DNA of 64,000 bases from positions 69,708 through 133,707 of the forward strand of contig CAKRNO010000002.1 of NCBI GenBank assembly GCA_934371135.1. The letters are read 5' to 3'. The notes beneath the pieces are model-generated. The model searched no databases. It saw only the letters and a list, made by a program, of their open reading frames with translations, and was not told the DNA's origin. How positions within the stretch are numbered: position 1 is the stretch's first letter; each line of letters begins with the position of its first letter. The position numbers and the translations under genes are program-made. Shown here piece by piece: positions 39,344-48,868 of this stretch. Origin of the DNA: an uncultured Eubacteriales bacterium (GTDB lineage Bacteria > Bacillota > Clostridia > Oscillospirales > CAG-272).

Positions 39344-39429
39344 GGCTTTATCCGGATGTATACCGTCAACGCCTGCGGCAGGTACCGGCGAAGCGCTCTT
39401 CTGCATGACGCGAACGGTCGTCTTTCCGC

Positions 39430-40953
39430 TCAATCGTATTCCAGCATGAGGTGACTCATACCGTCGAGGTGCTGGGGCAGGTCGGGCGATTCCATCGCCT
39501 CACGCGGGATGGAGTTGGCATCGACCAGCCCGGCGAGCGGCACATGATACCGCTTCCCGATGTTCCAGAGCGAGTCGCCCCCCTCGGGATATACCGCGAT
39601 AATCTCCCCGCGCCTGTGGGCGAACGGATGCTCGCTGTCCGCCTCAATCTCCTCAACCGCCTCCATTTCATTCGTGGCGGTCGCGAGACACGAGACCTGC
39701 AGCTCGGCGTCTGCCGAGAGTTTCTGCCCGTCGGAGCGCAGATGGCACCCGACCGCGTGCACCTGCGGCATGAGCTGCGCGCCCGTCGGGAGCGGCTCCT
39801 TGGCGGTCATCCGCACCTTCCACGGGAAGCGGAAGGTGGTGCCGGTATAGCTCTCGTCCCCGGGGATCCCAATGAGACACAGCATCCGCATCTCGCCCTC
39901 CACCGTGATCTCTGCGCCGTCCGCCGTGCAGGAAGTCACGCTCGCCTGCCCGCGGCAGTCGAACGGTATCGCTTCTTCATCAAGTCCGAGCTCGGAGAGC
40001 GGCACCGACCCGTCCACCGTATAGTTCCCCTGCAGGCAAGCCGGATAATATCTGCCGACGATCGGCGCGAGTGAAACATTGACCGGATACTCCATGGCGT
40101 AGACGTCGCACATGGGGGTCACCACCTCGTTGTTCACGGCGACGCCGAATAGCGTCACGCGGGCGTCGAACACCAGGCGGTCGCTCCCCTCCTCGCTCGC
40201 AAAGGTCGCGTTACAGGCGGTACATCTGCCGAATGCCATCGCGCAGAAGGCGGGGGTCAGCCGCTCCTCGGTGATCGTCTCCTCCATCGGGATCTTGCCG
40301 CGCACGGTATAGGGCACGCCCGCACCGTCCGCACAGAGCGCCGTCATCCACAGATCTGCCCGGACGCGGACGGCGCCGACCTCCGCCTTCGCCTCGCGGA
40401 CAAGTACCCGTCCGCACACGGAGAGGAGCCGGCTTTGCGGCTCCGCCTTGACGCTGTCGGAGAGCTCCGCCTCCTCGCCCTCGAAAAAGACCGTCTCGCC
40501 CACCGTCAGATTCCGCCGCAGGATCTCGCACGCCCCGATGTCGCCCGTCTCCGCCTCCGTGACCGTCTCGCGGCGGACCGCCATCGGGCGCAGGGTCATA
40601 TTCGCCTTCATGGTCACGCGGCGAGGTCCGCCGAGGCGGCAGGTGACGCTGTCCACCGTCGGGACGACCTGCATCTCTACGCCCTCCCCGCCCGGGATCT
40701 GACAGGAGAAGGTGCCGTCCAGCGTCACAGACGCAACCGCCCCCTCGCCATCCAGATAGATCAGGCAGTAGGTGACCTCTCCGCCGACCTCCGTTTTGTC
40801 CTGCGTATCATACTGCCCCGTGACCGTCGCGTCACAGTCCACCCGCAGAACACGCCGCACCTCCGGCGTGTAGTCCGGCAGGGTGTATTCACCGCCCGTC
40901 TCGCAGGAATACGTCCCCGCGAGCGTGCGCTCCGTCTCATAGGTGTTTGCCAT
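39430..40953 (-). CDS. SpoVID/SipL-like spore morphogenetic protein (SPOCS/DUF3794-like body, C-terminal LysM)
   Basis: Trimmed to ATG 40953 (MANTYETERTL). 507 aa, beta-rich Thr/Val/Gly body. C-terminal LysM-like segment IIAVYPEGGDSLWNIGKRYHVPLAGLVDANSIP. Size and architecture resemble C. difficile SipL as I recall it. Confidence 0.55.
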   Translation of the reverse strand: MANTYETERTLAGTYSCETGGEYTLPDYTPEVRRVLRVDCDATVTGQYDTQDKTEVGGEVTYCLIYLDGEGAVASVTLDGTFSCQIPGGEGVEMQVVPTVDSVTCRLGGPRRVTMKANMTLRPMAVRRETVTEAETGDIGACEILRRNLTVGETVFFEGEEAELSDSVKAEPQSRLLSVCGRVLVREAKAEVGAVRVRADLWMTALCADGAGVPYTVRGKIPMEETITEERLTPAFCAMAFGRCTACNATFASEEGSDRLVFDARVTLFGVAVNNEVVTPMCDVYAMEYPVNVSLAPIVGRYYPACLQGNYTVDGSVPLSELGLDEEAIPFDCRGQASVTSCTADGAEITVEGEMRMLCLIGIPGDESYTGTTFRFPWKVRMTAKEPLPTGAQLMPQVHAVGCHLRSDGQKLSADAELQVSCLATATNEMEAVEEIEADSEHPFAHRRGEIIAVYPEGGDSLWNIGKRYHVPLAGLVDANSIPREAMESPDLPQHLDGMSHLMLEYD

Positions 40954-41107
40954 TGTCCATCCCCCATTCACGCGTTTTGTTCCATTCTATGAAGGAACGC
41001 TGCCCGCTAGAACGGAGAACGGAAAGCGCCCCCCGGACGGGGAGCGCTCCGGTGACGAAAGCCGACGGTCAGGGGACCCTACCCGCCGTGCGATCATCGC
41101 GCCGTAT

Positions 41108-42175
41108 TTATGCTTTTTCTTCGGTATCGGCTGACGCTGCCGTCCCGCCGTTTGTTCCGTCGTTTTCCGCATCGCCCGCAGGGGTTTCGGCGCGGGTATC
41201 GGCGGGGGCGTCGCTCGCCGCACCGCTCGTCGGGTTGCCGGCGGAGGCGTCGTCTCCGTCGCGACCGCTGTCGTCGGTGCTCTCCCCCGTGCCGTCGGTA
41301 TTTTCCCCGGGCGCTCCCGGCGTCAGGACCGCACGTTTCCACAGCCCCTTGGTCATTTTACCGAGCCCGTTCAGCATACGGTCGGCGGTCAGGCGTTTGC
41401 GGTCCTTTTTATGTGCGATGCGGTCTTCTTCAATGCGGGCGAGTACCGCCTCGGCATCGTCCCTCTCGCTCCCGATGATCGTTTCCAGCACCTCTGCGGC
41501 GTACTCCTCTCCGCTCGCAATCATGTTCATGACCGACGCATGGTCGATAAAGAGCGAATCGGCGAGGATGGAGTTGTTCGGGAAATTGATACGGATGATA
41601 CGCCGGTTTATATCCTTGTTCACAAAGAAGTAATCATATTTGTCAAAATAGAGTGCAATGACATAATCCGGCTCGCAGAGCGGCAGGGGGAACAGCGGCA
41701 TATTGTCCACCCATCCGCCGTCCGCGTATTTCACGCCGTCGATGGTGACGGCGGGATAAACGGCAGGCACCGCAACCGCAGCCGAGACGTAGGTATCCAT
41801 CTGCTCCGGGGGAATTTTCGAAAGATCGGCGTAGTAGATGGTGCGCTCACGCGACTGCATGAGCGGTACATAAAAAGGCACCCGGCTCTGCCCGAGCGCG
41901 GCGACGCGGTGTATCGCGTCCGGGACGTAAGACCCGTGCAGAAACCGCACGATACTCTTACGCTTGGGGCTGTCCGCATTGGCACCCTCCCAGAACTCCC
42001 GCATCTCGTCGGTGTGCCCGGTCAGAAAGCTCTGCGCGTTCAGCGCACCGACCGAGCTCGCACTCACGCAAGCAAAGTCCTCCGGCGCGAAATACTTTTC
42101 GATCGCCCGGAGCGCCCCGATCTGGTACGCCCCTTTCGAAAGCCCGCCGGACAGCAGCAGTCCTACTTTTGCCAT
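41108..42175 (-). CDS. Patatin-like phospholipase family protein
   Basis: 355 aa. Oxyanion motif LSGGLSKG, nucleophile elbow SASSVGA, catalytic Asp in YADGGW. About 90-aa acidic low-complexity C-terminal tail. Confidence 0.8.
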   Translation of the reverse strand: MAKVGLLLSGGLSKGAYQIGALRAIEKYFAPEDFACVSASSVGALNAQSFLTGHTDEMREFWEGANADSPKRKSIVRFLHGSYVPDAIHRVAALGQSRVPFYVPLMQSRERTIYYADLSKIPPEQMDTYVSAAVAVPAVYPAVTIDGVKYADGGWVDNMPLFPLPLCEPDYVIALYFDKYDYFFVNKDINRRIIRINFPNNSILADSLFIDHASVMNMIASGEEYAAEVLETIIGSERDDAEAVLARIEEDRIAHKKDRKRLTADRMLNGLGKMTKGLWKRAVLTPGAPGENTDGTGESTDDSGRDGDDASAGNPTSGAASDAPADTRAETPAGDAENDGTNGGTAASADTEEKA

Positions 42176-42287
42176 AATTTTTGCCTTTCGTCTGTGTTTT
42201 TGTGTGCCACCCGCCGCAATGGTTCATGGGGGAGCCGCCGGGCGGCTCCCCCATGGGTCGGTTGACAGTATCTCCGACCGGGTCGGA

Positions 42288-43106
42288 TTACTTCAAAATG
42301 CCGGCGCGGGGCGTCACATGGAAGTGGTCGGCGAGCTCCAGCATCTGTGCATCGGTAATGGTGTTGATGCGCTTCAGACCGGCGGTCAGCATATAGATGG
42401 TCGCAGCCTTCTCGACCGTCTCGACAAGACCGAACGCCTCGTCCAGCGTCTTGCCTGCACCGTACAGCCCGTGCATCCCCCAGACCACGCTGCGCGCGCG
42501 GGTCATGCAGTCGGCAGTGGCTTCCCCGATCTCATTGGTGCCGCAGAGCATCCACGGCAGGACCTCTACCCCGTCCGGGAACACCACGACGCACTCGGTG
42601 CTCATCTGCCAGAGCGTGTGCGTGAACTCGTTGGTGTTCAGCGTGTGCACATAGGTCATGGCGAGCAGGTTGGTCGGGTGGCAGTGCATGACCACGCGGT
42701 TCTCGGGATCCACGGAGAGACGGGAAATATGGCTCATGAGGTGCGCGGGCAGCTCACTCGTGAACTTCCCGCCGTCGGCGTAGCCCCAGAGGAGCTCTGC
42801 CGTCGTACCGTCTTCGGCGATCCGGATGATACCGAGGTTGGTCTCGGGATCCCCTTTCACGTTCTTGAAATATTTGCCCGTGCCGGTCACGATGAAGTAC
42901 TTGCCGATGAGCGGCTTCGCATCAAAACCGGTCGGGATGCGGCGGAGGACGTGGTCGGTGTCAAGGTAGGCGCTGACCTCCTCCCCGGTGAGCAGATAGC
43001 TGATATTGCCGCCGTTGCGCTCATCCCAGCCGAGGCGGTACATATTGGCGGTGATCTCGCTCATTTCCTTTACGAAGGGTGCTTCGGAAACATTGTTCTT
43101 TTTCAT
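42288..43106 (-). CDS. rhaD: Rhamnulose-1-phosphate aldolase (class II aldolase)
   Basis: 272 aa. Closely follows the E. coli RhaD pattern (GWDERNGGN, TSELPAHL, VVMHCHPTNL, STECVVVFPDGV). AAGGAG SD. Confidence 0.8.
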   Translation of the reverse strand: MKKNNVSEAPFVKEMSEITANMYRLGWDERNGGNISYLLTGEEVSAYLDTDHVLRRIPTGFDAKPLIGKYFIVTGTGKYFKNVKGDPETNLGIIRIAEDGTTAELLWGYADGGKFTSELPAHLMSHISRLSVDPENRVVMHCHPTNLLAMTYVHTLNTNEFTHTLWQMSTECVVVFPDGVEVLPWMLCGTNEIGEATADCMTRARSVVWGMHGLYGAGKTLDEAFGLVETVEKAATIYMLTAGLKRINTITDAQMLELADHFHVTPRAGILK

Positions 43107-43118
43107 GGTAGTATCTCC

Positions 43119-44321
43119 TTATTTCGTTACGATATCCAGGGTTTCTTTGGCAATCATGTATTCCTCGTCGGTCGGGATGACGAGGACCCTGACGCGGCTG
43201 CCCTCTCCAGTGATGTCCCCGGCGGTACCGCGCTTCATCGCGCCGTTCACCGCTTCATCGATCCTGATCCCGAGGTAGTCGAGATCACGGCAGATGTTGG
43301 CGCGCACGACGGAGTCGTTCTCCCCGATGCCCGCGGTGAAAACAAGTGCGTCACAGCCGTTCATCTCCGCGATGAGCGAGCCGATGATCTTTTTCGCCTG
43401 GTGATAGAACACCTTCATCGCCAGCGCACAGCGGGCGTCGCCCTTCGCCTCGCCCTCCATGACCTTGCGGCAGTCCGCCATGCCGGTCATACCGAGGAAG
43501 CCGGACTTCTTCGTCAGAATGGTATCCATTTCTTCGGGCGTGTAGCCGTCTACCCGCATGAGATACGTGACGATGGTCGGGTCGATGGAGCCGGTACGCG
43601 TCCCCATCATGATGCCCTCCTGCGGGGTGAAGCCCATGGTCGTATCGACGCAGACGCCGTCACGGATGGCACTGAAGCTGGAGCCGCTGCCGAGGTGGCA
43701 GGTCACGAGCTTCAGCTCGCGCAGGTCGCGGCCGAGGTATTCTGCCGTCTTGCCGCTCACATAGCGGTGCGAGGTACCGTGGAAGCCGTAGCGGCGGATG
43801 TGGCGCTTTTCGACGATCTCATAGGGGAGCGCATAGGAATACGACTCCGGCGGGAGCGTGCGGTAGAAAGCGCTGTCCGCGACGACAACGTGCTTCACAC
43901 CGGGGAGCAGCGCCTGGCACGCGGTGATTGCCGCGATGGCAGCGGGCGCGTGGAGCGGGTTAATCGGCGTGATTTCGTGGAGATAATCCAGCTCTGCCTG
44001 TCCGACGACGTTGACGGTCAGCTTCTCGCCGCCGTGGACGATACGGTGACCGACGGCGCCGATCTCGGAGAGGCTGTTCACCACCCCGCGCACGGGGTCG
44101 GTCAGGAGCCCCATCACGATGGACAGCGCCACCGAGTGGTCGGGCAGATCCACCTCGAACTCATACTTGTCCATACCGGGCTTTCTGTGGGTAACACGCC
44201 CCTTGCTGCTCGCGACATTGATGTTCTCGCAGCCGCCGCGGCAGAGCACGTCGCCCGTATCCATGTCGAAGAGCTGATACTTGAGAGAAGAACTGCCTGC
44301 ATTGATCACAAGGATTTTCAT
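43119..44321 (-). CDS. ackA: Acetate kinase
   Basis: 400 aa. MKILVINAGSSSLKYQLFDM, HRIVHGG and GFHGTSH motifs. Confidence 0.96.
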   Translation of the reverse strand: MKILVINAGSSSLKYQLFDMDTGDVLCRGGCENINVASSKGRVTHRKPGMDKYEFEVDLPDHSVALSIVMGLLTDPVRGVVNSLSEIGAVGHRIVHGGEKLTVNVVGQAELDYLHEITPINPLHAPAAIAAITACQALLPGVKHVVVADSAFYRTLPPESYSYALPYEIVEKRHIRRYGFHGTSHRYVSGKTAEYLGRDLRELKLVTCHLGSGSSFSAIRDGVCVDTTMGFTPQEGIMMGTRTGSIDPTIVTYLMRVDGYTPEEMDTILTKKSGFLGMTGMADCRKVMEGEAKGDARCALAMKVFYHQAKKIIGSLIAEMNGCDALVFTAGIGENDSVVRANICRDLDYLGIRIDEAVNGAMKRGTAGDITGEGSRVRVLVIPTDEEYMIAKETLDIVTK

Positions 44322-44415
44322 GAAACTGACACCTCTGTTTTTATATTATCCATTTACAAAAAGACAGTATAGCACACGCGCCCCGCGAAATCAAGGGCGG
44401 GAGGATTTTTTCTCC

Positions 44416-45096
44416 TCATGCGTGCCGCCGCGGACGCGGCGCCCCCTCCGCCTCTCCGAGGTCAAGATACTCTCCGACCACGGCGGCGATTTTGTCACGC
44501 TCAAACGCCGCCCAGGCGTCCTCGACGCCGACGACGCGGAAGCCCATGGCGGCAGCCGTCCGGATGGAGTAATACGAATCCTCGAACAACAGACATTCCG
44601 TGGGGTCGGCACCTCCGAAGCGCCGGAGCGCCTCCTCAAAGATACCGGGCGCCTCCTTGCCGCCGCCACCCGTCATATCCTCGTGGGTCAGCACAAATTC
44701 GAAATAGGGTGCGAGCCCGGTTTTGGCAAGGCAGAGCGCAGCGCCCACGTGCGGCGTGAGCGTAATGATGCCCATGCGGCAACCTGCCGCCCGGAGGGTG
44801 TCGAGCAGCGCTACGGCACCTGGCTTGACGCGGACATCCTCGGCGTAATGCCGCGCCATGTGCACCTCGGTGAAGCGGATCATCTCGGGGAGCGTCGCGG
44901 TAATACCGACGGAGGCAAGGTACGAGAGCACCTCTCCGTAGCCGCGCGCCGTTTCAAGGCAGCGCAGCCCCGCCTCGTCCGGTCGGATGCCGACCTCGGC
45001 GAGGTATTCCAGCGGCATCTCGCGCCAGTAGCCCATCGAATCGACGAGCGTACCGTCCATGTCAAACAGCGCATAGGGCAGAATGGGCGTTTTCAC
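44416..45096 (-). CDS. HAD-superfamily hydrolase (beta-phosphoglucomutase-like subfamily IA)
   Basis: 226 aa. GTG start after GAGGAGG overlaps the topB stop (GTGA). Motif I FDMDGTLVDS. Confidence 0.8.
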   Translation of the reverse strand: MKTPILPYALFDMDGTLVDSMGYWREMPLEYLAEVGIRPDEAGLRCLETARGYGEVLSYLASVGITATLPEMIRFTEVHMARHYAEDVRVKPGAVALLDTLRAAGCRMGIITLTPHVGAALCLAKTGLAPYFEFVLTHEDMTGGGGKEAPGIFEEALRRFGGADPTECLLFEDSYYSIRTAAAMGFRVVGVEDAWAAFERDKIAAVVGEYLDLGEAEGAPRPRRHA

Positions 45097-47933
45097 AGTT
45101 CTTCCTCCTCGTGCGTCACGACGCCGCCCTGCAGCTTGAGCACATAGGTGCGGTCGTCGTGTAAGCGAATGACCTTCGTGCGGCCTCGCGTGAGGATTGC
45201 CCGAGCGTCCTCCTCCGTGAGCGCGTAGCCCGCGTAAACGAACGGGATGCGGAAGCGGCAGCCGTTTTTATAGCCCATGCAGCCCCAGTTCTGCCGCCCG
45301 CGTACCACCTGTCCCCCGCAGAGGGGGCAGACGCCGATGGCGACCGGCTCTGCCGCCTTCGGGGCGGTCGCGGTCTCCGTACCGCCGTCCCGGTTCCCGG
45401 CTGCGTCCTTGTCACCGGTCGTGTCGTCTTTACCCGCGGTGCCGCGTTTTCTGCCGGTCGCCGGAGCGCCCGCCGCGTCGGCTTTTTTACGGCGCGGAGC
45501 CGCAGTTTTCGGCTCCTCGTGGTTCGGGACAGGCAGCTCGGCATCCTGGAAGACGATTTTCGCCTCCCCGCCGCGCAGGGCGAGATACCCGCCGTGGCGC
45601 GTACCGTCCGTTTTGGAGACAAAGCCCTCGAGGTGCGGCGTGACCCCCGTCTTCGCGAGTGCGGCGAGCGCCTCCTCCGGAATCTTGCACCCGAGGACGG
45701 TCCGCCCGACGCGGAAGCCGCATTTCTTGGCACTGCACCGGTAGTCAAAGCGACCGTATTCCATCTTCTTGCCGCACACGGGGCACTTCACCCCGGGGAT
45801 CGCCTCGCCGTCGCGGCTCTCCTCCATATCAAAGACGACCTTGCCGTCCTTCAGGATGAGTGCGGAGGAGAAACGGCGGTTGTTCTTTGAGACAAAGCCG
45901 TCGATGACCGGCGTACGCCCCCCGTCGAGGAGTGTCTTGACAATATCGGGCGAGATGGCGCGGCGGCAGATGTGCAGCCCGACGCGGAAGGTGCAGCCCT
46001 CCCGCTCGCAGGCATAGGCGCGTGCACCGCGGATGACCTGCCCGCCGCAGACGGGGCAGGTGCCGATGATCTCCCCCTCCGTGCCGGTGTCTCCGACGCG
46101 GGCGAGCGCCTCCTCCTTGTGGGAGAAGACCTCGCGGATCTCCTCCTCGGCGAGGCGGGTGCTGTCCTCCACCGTGATGGTGCCGCGGAACACCTTTTTG
46201 AGCGCCCGCCCCATCTCGGAGGTCTTGTATTTGTCCATCACGATGCCGAGGTCGGTCAGCGTCTCGATGAGATACTCCCCGTCCGGCAGGATGATGTATG
46301 TGTCCTTCTGTAACTCGATATATCTGGAGCTGCGCGCGTTGTCGATGATGCCGGTGCGGGTCGCCTCGGTCCCGAGCTCGAGCCCCTCGAAGATGGCGCG
46401 GTAATCCTCCTCGTCGCTCGCACCCTCCTCGCCGACGGCGCCGGACCGCTCCTCACTGCCCGCACCCGCTTTTTCTTCCTTAAACGGGTTCTTCAGGTAA
46501 TTGTTCAGCGTCTCGATGGTATAGTGGCGCGGCGGGGTGGTCTCCTTTTCGACCGGGGCGAACGCAGTCTCCACCACGTCTCCGACCGCGAGGTTCGGCA
46601 GGAATTTGTCCTTCTTCGTGTAGTCGTCAAATTTCGTCCAGCCCGCGTCGAGGATCGCCGTCCCTTTGAGGACGAACTCCTCGTATTCCCCGCACATGAG
46701 GTGCAGCTCGCTCCGCTCCACCCGGCAGGGGTGGTCGCAGAATACGGCGACAAAACGACGAAAAACGGTGCTGTACACCTGCTTTTCCCGCGCGTTCAGA
46801 TCCTCCTGTTTCGGGATCTTGTAGGTCGGGGTGAGCGCCGAGTGCGACTCGATCTTGCTGTCGTCGAAAATATATTTGGAGTCGCGGAAGGCGACGGGAT
46901 ATCCGAGCTTCGCGATCCCCGAGAGGATCTGGCGCACCTTGCCCTTCTCGGCGGTGGCGAGGTACTCCGAGTTGGTACGCGGATAGGTGAGGAAGCCGCG
47001 CTCGTACAGCCCCTGTACGGTGTCGAGCGACTCCTTCATCGACATCTTGTATTTCTTGCCGAGGACGTTCTGCAGGGTCGAGAGCGAATAGAGCTTACCC
47101 GGCGGCAGAATATCCTCTTTGGATTTTTTGTCGGTCACGACGGTGACGGCGGCATTGTACTTCTCCGAGAGAGCGCGCGCCGCCGCCTCGGCGGCGGTGA
47201 GATCCGCCCCGCGGAACTCCTCCCGTGAGGTGAGCAGCAGCTCCTCCCCGCCGACCTCGGTGCGGGAGGCGACCCCGTAATACTTCTCGGGGGTAAAGCC
47301 CCGGATGGCGAGGTCGCGGTCATAGATTGCCTTGACGATCGGGACGATCACGCGGCCGACGCGCAGCAGCCGCCCCGAGATGATGGAGGCGTAGCGCGTG
47401 AGGTTGACGCCCCACAGCCAGTCGATGTAGGTGCGGGCATACCCCTCCGCCGCGAGGTTGTCGTACGCGCTATCGGGCTGCATCTCGGCGAGCGCCGTGC
47501 GGATGGTCTCCGGGGTCTGGTCGGGGAGCCACAGGCGCAGGAGCGGCTTCTCGCTTTTCAGCGCCTTACGCACGCAGGTGCGCACGATGATCTCACCCTC
47601 GCGGTCCGCGTCCCCCGCGTTGACGATCGCCGTCACGTCGGAGCGGTTACAGAGCGACTCGATGAGCGCATACTGCCGCTTGACACCGTCGTCACCGGCG
47701 AGCTGGTAGTCAAAGGTCTTCGGGAAACAGGGCAGGTTGGCAAAGGTCCAGCCCCGCGTACCCGCCGGGGCGGGCGCGTAGTGCTCGATGTCCGCGAGGG
47801 AAAAGAGGTGTCCGAACACCCAGGTCACCAGGTATTCCCCACCCTCCATATAGCCGTTCTTTTTCTGCATCCCGCCGATGGCGCCCGCGATGTTGCGCCC
47901 CAGGCTCGGTTTTTCCGCAATGACTAAAACCAT
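45093..47933 (-). CDS. topB: DNA topoisomerase III with three C-terminal zinc-ribbon modules
   Basis: Trimmed to ATG 47933 (MVLVIAEKPSLGRNIA, Toprim) after GAGG. Active-site GFLTYPRTNSEYL. C-terminus has three CPxCG...C...C repeats. Confidence 0.9.
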   Translation of the reverse strand: MVLVIAEKPSLGRNIAGAIGGMQKKNGYMEGGEYLVTWVFGHLFSLADIEHYAPAPAGTRGWTFANLPCFPKTFDYQLAGDDGVKRQYALIESLCNRSDVTAIVNAGDADREGEIIVRTCVRKALKSEKPLLRLWLPDQTPETIRTALAEMQPDSAYDNLAAEGYARTYIDWLWGVNLTRYASIISGRLLRVGRVIVPIVKAIYDRDLAIRGFTPEKYYGVASRTEVGGEELLLTSREEFRGADLTAAEAAARALSEKYNAAVTVVTDKKSKEDILPPGKLYSLSTLQNVLGKKYKMSMKESLDTVQGLYERGFLTYPRTNSEYLATAEKGKVRQILSGIAKLGYPVAFRDSKYIFDDSKIESHSALTPTYKIPKQEDLNAREKQVYSTVFRRFVAVFCDHPCRVERSELHLMCGEYEEFVLKGTAILDAGWTKFDDYTKKDKFLPNLAVGDVVETAFAPVEKETTPPRHYTIETLNNYLKNPFKEEKAGAGSEERSGAVGEEGASDEEDYRAIFEGLELGTEATRTGIIDNARSSRYIELQKDTYIILPDGEYLIETLTDLGIVMDKYKTSEMGRALKKVFRGTITVEDSTRLAEEEIREVFSHKEEALARVGDTGTEGEIIGTCPVCGGQVIRGARAYACEREGCTFRVGLHICRRAISPDIVKTLLDGGRTPVIDGFVSKNNRRFSSALILKDGKVVFDMEESRDGEAIPGVKCPVCGKKMEYGRFDYRCSAKKCGFRVGRTVLGCKIPEEALAALAKTGVTPHLEGFVSKTDGTRHGGYLALRGGEAKIVFQDAELPVPNHEEPKTAAPRRKKADAAGAPATGRKRGTAGKDDTTGDKDAAGNRDGGTETATAPKAAEPVAIGVCPLCGGQVVRGRQNWGCMGYKNGCRFRIPFVYAGYALTEEDARAILTRGRTKVIRLHDDRTYVLKLQGGVVTHEEEEL

Positions 47934-48059
47934 GCTCTGCCTCACTTATGAATTCTCTTTTTATTGTAGCATGAGATGCGCCCGGTGTCAAACATGATTG
48001 ACAAAACCGGGGCGAGCCGATATACTGAAATCACCACACAAAAAAGGGAGGGCGGCAGG

Positions 48060-48767
48060 ATGGGCGCGCTGACAGTCACAACATACGATATTCCGGGCAC
48101 GGGCGCCGCGCTCACGCTCGCCGTCGTCGCCGACCTGCACAACCGCCGCGGGGAGGAAACGGCAGAGCGGGTGCTCTCCCTCGCACCGGACGCCTGCCTG
48201 CTGGTCGGCGACCTCTTTGAGTCCCCCCCGCGCCGCCGTTACTACGCGACGGAGGAGGCGGCGCGGTGCCTGGAGATCCTGGCTCCGCACTGTCAAGTGT
48301 TCTGGTCGCGCGGCAATCATGACCACACGCTCCCGGAGGATCTCGCCACCACGATGGCGAGGCTCGGCGTCCACCGCCTCGAGAATAGCTGGGAGCCCTT
48401 CGGCGGAGTGCTGCTCGGCGGGCTCTCCTCCGTCAGCTATCCGCCCGGGCGTACCCCCGACCTCGCGTTTCTCGACCGGTTCGCGGCGGCGCCGGGATAT
48501 AAGATCCTGCTCTCCCACCACCCGGAATATTATGACCGTTATATCCGCACCCGCGGGATCGACCTGACGGTCTCGGGACACGCGCACGGCGGTCAGTGGC
48601 GCTTCTTCGGCCGCGGTCTGTATGCCCCGGGTCAGGGGCTCTTTCCCCGTTACACCTCGGGCTTTTACGACGATGGGCACCTGCTCGTCTCCCGCGGGGT
48701 GAAGCCCTCGCGCCTCCCGCGCATCGCCAACCCGCGCGAAATTCTCTGCCTGCGCCTCTCCGAATGA
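48060..48767 (+). CDS. Metallophosphoesterase
   Basis: ATG 48060 after GGGAGGGCGGCAGG. Calcineurin-like motifs VVADLHN, GDLF, GNHDH, SGHAHGG. Confidence 0.85.
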   Translation: MGALTVTTYDIPGTGAALTLAVVADLHNRRGEETAERVLSLAPDACLLVGDLFESPPRRRYYATEEAARCLEILAPHCQVFWSRGNHDHTLPEDLATTMARLGVHRLENSWEPFGGVLLGGLSSVSYPPGRTPDLAFLDRFAAAPGYKILLSHHPEYYDRYIRTRGIDLTVSGHAHGGQWRFFGRGLYAPGQGLFPRYTSGFYDDGHLLVSRGVKPSRLPRIANPREILCLRLSE

Positions 48768-48805
48768 TGGCAGGCACCCCTGCAGGACGGCGCACAAAAG
48801 CCCAC

Positions 48806-48832
48806 GGGGCGCTGCGGCGCCCCGACTTTTTT
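48806..48832 (+). terminator. Rho-independent terminator after the metallophosphoesterase gene
   Basis: GGGGCGC-TGCG-GCGCCCC followed by GACTTTTTT. Confidence 0.8.
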
Positions 48833-48840
48833 GGTTATCG

Positions 48841-48868
48841 TTGACAAGTCTTAAAAAGAGAGTATAAT
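48841..48868 (+). promoter_or_regulatory. Sigma-A-type promoter of pheST
   Basis: TTGACA (48841-48846), 16 nt, TATAAT (48863-48868). Only ~30 nt separate it from the pheS ATG. Confidence 0.7.

Noticed and set aside
41108-42175. Patatin-like phospholipase as a CBASS-type effector
   Set aside because: No CD-NTase or cyclase, E1/E2/JAB or other CBASS genes are adjacent. The neighbours are a sporulation-type gene and a sugar aldolase.
45093-47933. Topoisomerase III as a marker of an integrative conjugative element
   Set aside because: No relaxase, T4SS, integrase or repeat boundaries are in the flanks. The flanking genes are housekeeping (ackA, pheST).
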